Made by a program: the position numbers and the translations under genes. The notes beneath the pieces were generated by a model that saw only the letters and a list, made by a program, of their open reading frames with translations, was not told the DNA's origin and searched no databases. Shown in pieces: positions 54,199 through 64,000 of a DNA stretch of 64,000 bases. Numbering within the stretch: the first letter of the stretch is position 1; the number at the start of each line of letters is the position of its first letter. Origin of the DNA: Raja brachyura (taxonomy: Eukaryota); the NCBI GenBank assembly GCA_963514005.1, contig OY740789.1, positions 5,084,001 through 5,148,000 of the forward strand. The letters run 5' to 3'.

Positions 54199-55222
54199 GT
54201 AATCATTGTTGCCATTGGTCTTTCAATAAAGTGTAATGGTGGGTGGGATATTTCAGGGTATGGTCCTCTTATTTAACATTTGTAGCAATGTATCTTGCAA
54301 TTACTGCTTCTGCTCTTCAAGCTCTGCTTACAATTGGGTAGTTCAGTTGAGTTACAGTGTGGAAACAGGCCTTTTACCTCACCGAGTCCATGCCGACCAA
54401 CAATCACCCATGCTTTCGTTCAATTCTACATGTTATGGACTAGTTTACAGAAGCCAGCTGTATGTCTTTGGAGTGTGAGACTAAACCAGAACACCCGGAG
54501 AAAGCCGACGCCGTCACGGAGAATGTATAAACTGTACAGTCAGCACCCGAGATCAGGATCAATCTGGCTCTGTACCACTGAGTGTGCTGCCTCGAGTGTT
54601 GATGTATTACTGACGGTGATGGCGGAAGAATTGGATATCAAATTAAATATCCCACAAAAAAGATGCTTGGGTGATCTGAATATAATACTGGCTAGCATAG
54701 AGAACCCCTGATTGCTTCCCTGATACACTCTCCATGGTAAAGAACCTATTTATTTAAAAAGATCTCCTGCTTTGCTGCCTTCATAGCTTTTCCCCATCCC
54801 CTGTTTTCATGCATAACTCTCATCCCTGATCATTTAAAGCTGAATCCTTGTTAATGTCCACAGTTTTATATTAGAGTTTAATTTAGAGATAGCGAAAGAT
54901 CCTTCGGCCCACCGAGTCCGCTCTGACCATTGGTCACCTGTTCACTACTTCTGACATTCGCACCTTCTCATCCACTCATTACACTCTACTGTCAATTTAC
55001 GGAGTGCAATTAACCTGCACGCCTTTGCGATATGGGAAGAAACGAGCACCCGGAGGAAACCCACGCGGTCAGGCAGATCGTGCAAACACAGACAGCACCC
55101 AAGGTCAGGATCAAACTCGGGTCTCTGACACTTTGAGGCAGTTGCTATACCATGCGTTCAATGATTGGGAAGTTTGGATGACTCATCTTAAAAATAATGT
55201 TTGTGAAATGTTTCCATTGTAG

Positions 55223-55376
55223 TTGATGGTTGCAGCCATTTGGATATTGACTTCACCTTTATGGAAGATATAGAAAGGTCAGAAGCTCGCACAGGCATTC
55301 CCAATACACAGTACACAAAGGACAAGCCGTTCACATTTAATCTGGAAGATTATCAGGATGCAGTTATCATTCCAAG
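55223..55376 (+). CDS. DICER1: Dicer-1 exon 17 (platform/PAZ)
   Basis: [50 protein letters not shown]; 154 nt. Confidence 0.96.
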
Positions 55377-55409
55377 GTAGGAAAACCTTTTTGTCTGTTA
55401 CTTAAACAA

Positions 55410-55830
55410 AGTAAGAAACTTTTTGATGTTTTAGGGGACCGCCGTGAAAAACAATGGGGACCCAGTGTGGAGCGGACTGCCGTGACGAACAATGGGACCC
55501 CAGCGTGGGGGGACTTCCGTGAAAAACAATGGGGACCCCACTTGGGTAGACCGCCGTGAGGGATGGTGGGAGAACAAAGAGGAACCCGGTGTGGGGGGGA
55601 GGGGGCACTCTAGTTTTAGAATCCTCTGCCCAGGGGGTAAGTCTGCGTTCGTTCGTTCCGGTTAAGGCGCTGTGCACACGGCAGCCAGCCAGCGGTCGCT
55701 TGTCTATTTCTTTTTGTTTTCACTTTTATTTTAATTTTTACTTTCAAGTTTTTGTGTACCTTGTGTGTTGTGACTGGTGGTAGACCAATTTCCCTCCGAG
55801 GTTGAATAAAGTTCTATTGTATTGTATGGT
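55410..55830 (+). mobile_element. VNTR-containing retroposon fragment with LINE-type tail
   Basis: 4-5 copies of a ~38-bp unit (ggaccgccgtgaaaaacaatggggacccag..) then aataaagttctattgtattgtat. Confidence 0.6.
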
Positions 55831-56108
55831 ATTGTTAACTTCCAGGAATCCAGGTTAGGGTATCCAGGTTCTGTTCTCATGGTGCTAGGAGCTACTCAAG
55901 GACGTCTGCTTAATGCCTGTTTTGAATTATAATTGATCGAGTAATTGTGTTGGTTTAATATTGTCTGGTACCAAGATATAAGAAAAGTTTTGTTTGCATG
56001 CTATCCAGTCAAATTATGCTGTACATTTTTTTAGGGGGGTGCAGGATGGGGGAGGGTGATGGGAGTGCCTCGGCTTGGTTTATACTAGATTTCTAACCAG
56101 CTGCATAA

Positions 56109-56312
<204 letters not shown>

Positions 56313-57174
56313 TAAGCAGAAGCTCAAGTGAAGCCGCCTGTCGGAACAGTAGCGTGAAAGTGATGCTGTGTGTGGCGTTTAGAGAATCCACTGGAGCCAC
56401 CCAGTGGCGGGATAATTATGCACTCAAATATTTTCATCTCGCTGCCCTGATGTATCACAGAACATGGAACAGTACAACACAGGAACAGGCCTTCTGCTCA
56501 CAATGTTTTTGCTGCACATAATGCCACGATAAACTAATCTCTCCCTGCACATGATCAATATTTGCTACATATACATGTGCCTGTCTTAAACCTGTTAAAT
56601 GCCATTATCATATGTGCCTGCCCCCAGCAGTGTGTTCCAGGCAGCCTCCACTCTATTTAAAAACTCGCCCCACACATCTCCATTAAACTTTGCTCTTCTC
56701 ACCTAAAGCTAAGAAAAATCATTTCCACTCTGGGGGAAAATGTCCAGACTATCTATGCTATCTGTGCCTCTCACCATTTTATTTACTTCTATCAGGTCTC
56801 CCATCAACCTCCAGTGTTCTAGAGAAAACAATCCAAGTCTGTGTGATCTCTTCTTGAGGCTAATATCCCCTGATCCAGGTAGCATTCTCATGACCTAGTT
56901 CCGCATCCTATCCAAAGCCTCCATTCTTCTAGTACCTTGTCTCCAGCATGTTTTTCCTTTTGTGTGAGCTTTGTGGTGTATTGAGTGCCATGTATACACG
57001 TCATAAAATGGAGCAAAGGACAGATCAGCAACATGACTTTTAGCTGCTTTATTTCCCTTGTTTGACAAGATTCCACATGGTAGGCTGGTCTGGCAGGTTG
57101 GAGCTCATAGGATCTAGTCAAATATGCAGCGGTTAATGCATTGCATCATTTTATACCTTTACGGTTATATTTGA

Positions 57175-57342
<168 letters not shown>

Positions 57343-58251
57343 TGAATATTCATCTGTCGCCAAGATGTTCAATCTAACCATGGGACAAGAGGGATTCTGG
57401 GTCCTTTCCAGCATCATTGGGGTGTTCATATATCATAAGACAGCACAGGAAAAGGCCCTTTGGCCCACAATGTCCATGCCGAACTGGGTGCCAAGTTAAA
57501 TAATCTCCTCTGCCTGCCTCCTCTGATCCATTCCCTGCATATCTATGTGCCAGTCCACAAGCCTTTTAAACACCACATTCGTATCTGCCTCCACCACCTC
57601 CCCTGGCAGCTAAATGACCTATTTCTCCTAATTTGTATGTTTGTAAGATTACAGATTTAACAAAAGCATAATTGTGAAATTATATTTTATTCTTTAGCAA
57701 AAAATCTACAGAGGAATGTGGAGCAGATGTTTTGGCACAGTAGACACACTTCCATTAACACAGCACTATTTGTTTCTGCCGCCTTTCAGATTTGTTGATA
57801 AGCAAAACTAAAATGCTGCAGATGTTAGATAACTGAACAAAAACCAAAAATGTCTGAGGTTTAAAAACCTAACTAGTTTGACACCATCTGTGGAATAGAA
57901 ACCAGTTAATGTTTCTAGTTGTGACCAGAAACATTGCCTGTCCATTCACTCCACAGATGCTGCCTGATCACCTGAGTTACTCTTTGTCTTTCAGTGTTTC
58001 ATGTGCACGATCATATGTGCTTTCTGTATTTTCCCACGTTGCTCAGTTATGATAAGTCAGTTATCTCGACCCGAAACGTCACCTATTCCTTTGCTCCATA
58101 GCTGCTGCCTTACCCGCTGATTTTCTCCAGCATTTTTGTCTACCGTTGATTTTTCCAGCATCTGCAGTTCCTTCTTAAACAATCGGCTATCACTGTTCAG
58201 TTGGAGATAAAATGTGATGCTTAGTCAACTTATCTGTTTTCTCCTTGCAAG

Positions 58252-58427
58252 ATTCTTGTCCCAGAACTCTGCGCTATTCATCCTATCCCAGCTTCCTTGT
58301 GGAGAAAGGCCGTATGCCTTCCCAGTATTCTTTATCGACTGCACTGTCTATTAACAGCAGAGGAGCTGCGAGCCCAAACAGCTAAAGAAGCGGGTGTGGG
58401 AATCGAAGCTCTCCCATCAAACTTCAG
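58252..58427 (+). CDS. DICER1: Dicer-1 exon 20 (PAZ end/connector helix); gene continues beyond the window
   Basis: [58 protein letters not shown]; 176 nt; no further Dicer exon seen to 64000. Confidence 0.97.
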
Positions 58428-58514
58428 GTGTGTGAATGTTTATTATAAAAAGGAAGGCTTGCAATTGTGTAGTACTTTCTATATCCTTGTGACTTTCCAA
58501 AGTGCTTTACAGCT

Positions 58515-58618
58515 GAAGAAGGGTCTCGACCCGAAATGTTGCCTATTTCCTTCGCTCCATAGATGCTGCCTCACCCGCTGAGTTTCTCCAGCATTTTTGT
58601 CTACCTTCTTCTTAAACA
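58515..58618 (+). mobile_element. Solo pLTR copy with hammerhead core
   Basis: ctgaagaagggtctcgacccgaaatgttgcc...; 8-bp TSD ttacagct at 58507-58514 and 58619-58626. Confidence 0.8.
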
Positions 58619-58679
58619 TTACAGCTAATGAAGTGGTTTTTTTTTAGGTCTCTGGTCAGAGATAATCTCCGTGCTCTGT

Positions 58680-59185
58680 GTCCCCATTTTGCATTTATTC
58701 TCTCCAGCCCCTGCTCCCTTCCACCTACTATCATTCCCTCTGGTTTTATATTTCACTCTTCCTTCATTATCTGGCACTCTTTTATTTCCATTTAATCTCC
58801 AGCCTTCGTTACTATCTCCATCCATCTGACAACCCCCCCCCCTCCTTACCTGTGACTTGGTTACAAGAAACTGCAGATGATGGTTTTCAAAAAAAGACAC
58901 AAAGTGCTGGTGTAACTCAGCGGGTCACTGGTAAACATGGATTGGTGACGTTTTGGGCAGGGACCCTTCTTCAGGTCAAAAACATAGCCTATCCATGTTT
59001 TCCAGAGATGCTGCGTGATCTGCTGAGTTACTTCAACACTGTCCTTTTTTCCCCCCACCTATCACTTGCCAGTTTTTGGCTCTTCCCTTCGCCCTTCTCT
59101 TTACCAGCTTTCTCCCATCTACTCAGTCTGAAGAAGGGTCCCGATCCGAAAAATCTGTCCCATAGCCTTCCACAGATACTGCCTG
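58680..59185. mobile_element. Cluster of Penelope 3'UTR/pLTR fragments in both orientations
   Basis: pLTR arms at ~58865-59040 and ~59125-59185, pyrimidine-rich Penelope 3' region. Confidence 0.65.
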
Positions 59186-59246
59186 ACCCTCACCAGCACT
59201 TTATGCGTTGCTCAAGATTCCATCATCTGCTGAAGTCTTCTGTTTT

Positions 59247-59690
59247 AATAGACAACAGGTGCAGGAGTAGGCCATTCGGCCCTTCGAGCCAGCACCACCA
59301 TTCAATGCGATTATGGTTGATCATCCACAATCAGTACCCCGTTCCTGCCTTCTCCCCATATCCACTCTCTTTAAGAGTCCTATCTAGCTCTCTCTTGAAA
59401 GTATCCAGAGAACCGGCCTCCACCGCCCTCTGAGGCAGAGAATTCCACAGACTCACAACTCTGTGTGAAAAAAATCTTTCCTCGTCTCCATTTCTAAATG
59501 GCTTAACCCTTATTCTTAAACTGTGGCCCCTGGATCTGGACTCGCCCAATATTGGGAACATGTTTCCTGCCTCTAGTGTGTCCAAACCCTTAATAATCTT
59601 ATATGTTTCAATAGGTTCCCCTCTCATCCTTCTAAACTCCAGAGTGTACAAGCCCAGCCGCTCCATTCTCTCAGCAGATGACAGTTTCAC
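59247..59690 (-). mobile_element. CR1-clade LINE 3' fragment
   Basis: ERLGLYTLEFRRMRG...HRVVSLWNSLPQRAVEA; closely similar to 20956-21400. Confidence 0.88.
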
Positions 59691-61257
59691 CATGTAACCA
59701 GATAATCACTTCTGCTCATTTGGATTGAGGATCAAGTATTGGTATTGGGGAAGCATTTATGCTCTTCAAAATTCAGGGATGGGAACTTCTGTGAGACATT
59801 ACATCCATAAAATGGTTCTTTTAAAACTTTTGCATTCCCTCATTGTTACACAAAATGTAATATTGTATTGCTGACAATGATTGAGGACAAAGAATTATTT
59901 CTCCCATTTATGATCTGGTGTTTAGTGTACCTGTCCCCTTTATCTTTCAATCTCTGAATCTTGTTTGTTTTAATTTGAAATGTCTTGCCACCTGATTGTC
60001 TGGATTCTGTGATCAGTGCAAAGCTATAGAGGTTGGCATTAACCTATTGGAAAACTGCCCGTGCCTTTTTCCATTGTCGTTTCTGTCGGGCATTATTCAC
60101 GCAAAACCCCAGCCTCCAGCTGCAATGTCATCAAGCAAGTTGAACAATCCCTGTTAAAGACTCTTTATATAAACAGTAAACTAAGAACGAGAGAGCACAA
60201 TTTTTTAATTAACTTTTTTTGACATTTTAGAGTCTAAACTCAGTGGAATCTATGCACGTTTCCAAAAAATATTATACATGGAACTCTGATACATAAATAC
60301 AATTTAATTATTGATTTTAATACTTGATTATTTGATTGTATTGTGTCTGAGGGAATTGCAATCTCAGTGCAAAATGAACTGAAAAGCTGGCAATTTTGCT
60401 ATCCAGTAATTATGCTGCATTGCCGGTAGCCCTTACTGACCTTGTATGGCAGTGAGACGACGTTTTCATTGAGACGAGACTAAGCGTAATTCATCAATTC
60501 AACTTATTTTGACTCAGAAAATGACTGAACCCGTCAAGGAGGGCAGAATCACTGCCGGCATCAGGATTTCCACATTAAACCCAAAATTGCTGTTCTTTAT
60601 ATGAAACACAAATGGCGATCAATAGTATTTGAGCCATTGTTGCAACCGTAGAACCCAGACCACTTGTGTTTTTAAAAGGTTGAACCTCAATCATATTTAA
60701 AAGCTAGTTATTTGTGAGGTGCAGTTTAGAATGGTGAATGCAAATGTATCTGGATCTTGGAGAGGTTGACTTGGGATCAGGAATAAATGCTGCTGCATTC
60801 AATCATCTGGGGAAGTTGGGGTAGCCGAGGTTACTGTAACCCATGACTAGATCTATTGATTAACAGTGACAAGCATATCTTATTTGGGCACATAAAACCT
60901 TCACTCCCACCACCACCTTGCTTGCATGAGCTGGGAAGAGTGCAGAGAAGATATAAGAGGATGTTGCCAGGGCCTCTAAACCTCTGTAAGGCCATTCCTA
61001 TAAGCTAGGGCACTGTTCAATTCATCTCTACCCCATTGAGGACCGTGGACTTTGTCTGTGGAACTGATGCGCTACAATGCTAAGAACTATACTCTGCACT
61101 CTGTATCTTCCACCTTTGCTCTGTATATTGTACTTGATTTAAACTGATTGTGTATCTATGCATCGCATATCTGGTCTGTTTGAATAGCATGCAAACAAAG
61201 CTTTTCACTGTACCTTAGTATATGTGAGAATATTAAACCTAACAACACTCAGATACA

Positions 61258-61438
61258 CAAAAAAACTGCAGATGCTGGTTGTTGAACAAAACAGTGCTAG
61301 AGGAACTCAGTGGGTCAGGTAGCATTTGTGCAGCGAATGGGCAGGCGACGATCCGCGTTGGGACGCAGTTTGAAGCATCTGTCCATTCCCTCCACAGATG
61401 CCGTCCGACCTGCTGAGTTCCTCAAGCACTTTGTGTTT
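61258..61438. mobile_element. Degenerate palindromic pLTR-derived element
   Basis: aactgcagatgctgg...gaggaactcag...cagatgcc...ctgagttcctc. Confidence 0.7.
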
Positions 61439-62572
61439 ATATTTGTTCCCTTGGCATGGATGGAAACTGCAATAAAGAATGAGGATTTTATGTCATTGTG
61501 TGCTTTGAGTGAAGAGAATAAAGAGTGATGCATTTAAATGTCTTTAAAGGCCATATTTGTGTATTCAGTTTCCAAGTAGGGATTAATGACCATGTGTATA
61601 TACAGAATTAGTATTACGCTTCATTTAGTCGACTCTCAATCCTTCAGAGACTATGAATCTAACTTGCAGCTTTTGGAGATATCAGATCACGTCGGAGTAA
61701 CTGTGTTTGGACGAAACATCATATACAGTTGACATAAGAGGTGAAGTTCAGATCAGGAATGCTGGTAACAGTCCAGAGTAAACACCAGCAATGCAATCAT
61801 TTTTACAGCGATTATTGTATTATACGAAATAGCAACTCTCTCGGGAAGGAATTTACAAGGCTCTAATCTAATAGAAAGGGTTCAAATGTCATGAAACCGT
61901 GAAGGCAAATAGTAAGTGGTATATAACGTCATCTGAACCCTGAGATTTGATTCCACTCTTGAACTTCATCCGTGGTGTCTGATTATGTAATGCACAAGGT
62001 ATGCTTTTTAAGTTAGAAATACTAGCATTTGGATGAATTTGTGTCCTGGTGCTGTAAGGTTTGAGAGGTTTTCATCTTTGTGATCCTGCGAGAACTATTT
62101 TGTGAATAACTTGCTGCAAATTTCAGGAAGGATCTATCGGTGGCATTTATACAGTTTAGCTTGAGGCAATAACACAATGTCATCTAGTCATCCAATCTGA
62201 AGATTGTATTACAGCAAAATCCTGACTCCTTGTATAAATGTTTGCTCACTTAAGTGGTTGCACTGAAGTGCCCCTGAGGGCTGAGCAGTCGCTGTGACAG
62301 TGGTGGAAGGCTGTGGGTTCATTGAATGTTCAGTGAGGTGTAGATGTCATAGTGCTTACCATTCAATGATAGGAAGAAGGTATTTTCATTTGGAGAACAG
62401 TGCCAACCAGTTTTGCAGAGCTGAGGCAAATTAGTTCCTGCCTGAAACCCCAGGCAACATTATTCTGCTTCCCCCTCCTGCTAATTAACTGCATTGTCTA
62501 TGAATGTTGTCGTTTTGTTAAAGACTCTTACAGCTGTCGTCTCATTCATGCATCGTTAACATAAGAACAAAG

Positions 62573-63335
62573 GTTTCAAAGGTCTTTTATTGTCACATGT
62601 ACCAATTAAGGTACAGTGATATGCGAATTGCCATACCAGAGGGAAAAAAAGCAACAAGACACAACTACATAAAAGTTAACATAAACATCCACCACAGCGG
62701 ATTCCCCACATTCCTCACTGTGATGGAAGGCAAAAAAAGTCCAATCTTCTTCCTCTTTATTCTCCCGCGGTCAGGGCAGTCGAACCAACCTTCAGGGCGA
62801 TCAAAGCTTCCTCAGCCGGCGATCGAAACTCCCACGTCGGGGTGGTCGGTGATCGGGTGTTGGGGTGGTCGGTTGGTGCTCCCGTGCTGGGGCGGTCGGT
62901 GCTCCCGCGTCGGGGCGGTCGGTGCTCCCGCGTCCGGGCGGTCGAAACTCCCGTGGCTTGGAGTTCCCGAAGTCGGTCTCTTACCAGAGACCATGGTTTC
63001 CGTGATGTTAAGTCCGCAAGCGCCCACAGTTGGTCGATCCCTGGCAAAGGGATCGCGGGCTCCGCGATGCTAAAGTCCCGTAGGCTCCCCGTGGTGCAGC
63101 TCTCAAAAGTCTGTCCCCAGCAAAGGCGCCAACTCTTTCATGTAAGGCCACAGTGTGGACGGAGGTAAAATATGGAAAAAAATTGCATCTCCGTCGAGGT
63201 CAGAGATTAGAAACAGTTTCCCCCAACTCCACTCTCCACATAAAAACCAGCTAAAGAACATTTAACACATACTATTAAAACACAAAGGAGGACAGGACAG
63301 ACAAACTGTTGGCGAGGCAGCTATTGCCGGTAGCC
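62573..63335 (-). mobile_element. Composite retroposon, same family, with a ~23-bp VNTR core
   Basis: ttttattgtcacatgtacc..ggtacagtg tail; cacagcgg...ctcactgtgatggaaggc; (cggtcggtgctcccgcgtcgggg)n at ~62870-62945. Confidence 0.75.
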
Positions 63336-64000
63336 TAGTTTCTAGGTAAATGAAAATTAATAAACCACAGATCTTCAGTTTTAATTTTTTTTTTAATTCT
63401 GGAAAGGCTCAGCCTGTTAGTAGCATCCAAGTAACAAGAAACTATTTGTTTCAATGGTCAAAGATCCCAAAACGTTAATTGTTTCTATTTAGCAGCACCT
63501 TCTATTTTAATGTTAATTTATTTGGGGGGCCTTGATCTGTATATCAAAATGCTGGCTAGTTTTGAGCATTGTTCAAAAACTTGTTTTCTGCCAACTGGAC
63601 AAGGAACTTTAGTTTGCAAATTGAGTTAAACTTTCTTATGAGAAGCGCATAATTTCAAGAACACAATGCCTTTGTTGAAAAACGCAAAGGTCCTTGAGGT
63701 CCTTGCATTTCCCCTCTGTGGAAGGTTGTTGAAAAACAAAGTATTTTAGTTTCGATTTAGATTTTTAGTTTGGTTAAAACCCAGAATCATTTTATAAAAC
63801 ATTAAATAATGGTTCTATGTGTAGGAAGGAACTGCAGATGCTGGTTTATACACTGAAGATAGACATAAAATGCTGGAGTATTCCTTCTATCCAGAGATGC
63901 TGTCTGTCCCGCTGAGTTACTGTAGCATTTTATGTCTAAATAATGTTTCTATACTGTTCTTAACAGTGGGAAACTTTGATACTGCTGTGTGGGGATGTTT

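Noticed and set aside
58678-59433. 251-aa ORF
   Set aside because: Chance read-through of Penelope and CR1 fragments within intron 20.
62597-63168. 158-aa and 108-aa ORFs
   Set aside because: GC-rich VNTR core of the composite retroposon.
58428-64000. DICER1 exon 21 / RNase III exons
   Set aside because: No YPNLDFGW-like coding sequence found; the next exon must lie beyond the window.

Overview
Vertebrate genomic DNA. The repeat content (HE1/V-SINE-like SINEs, CR1 and Rex/Babar LINE pieces, abundant Penelope-like pLTRs) points to a cartilaginous fish, probably a skate or ray (inference). The window carries the 5' part of DICER1 on the + strand: 19 coding exons (orthologous to human exons 2-20) from ATG 23845 to 58427, all GT-AG and phase-compatible. 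Together they give 3236 nt (1078 codons plus 2 nt), covering the DExD/H helicase, DUF283, platform and PAZ domains. The RNase III exons lie beyond the window. The introns are full of retroelements, including one 5'-truncated Neptune-type Penelope-like element (RT plus GIY-YIG). Most notable: (i) many short pLTR derivatives carrying minimal hammerhead-ribozyme cores, often as fold-back palindromes whose junctions fall at the ribozyme; (ii) a family of SVA-like composite retroposons with conserved ends and exchangeable GC-rich VNTR cores; (iii) a ~176-bp duplication of most of exon 7 plus its donor, flanking one such insertion, which creates a candidate poison exon; (iv) a duplicated exon 15 donor; (v) repeats bracketing the in-frame-skippable exons 7-8 (the aviD cassette); (vi) a dense uORF cluster before the start codon. 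Comparisons with human DICER1 are from recall, not from a search.
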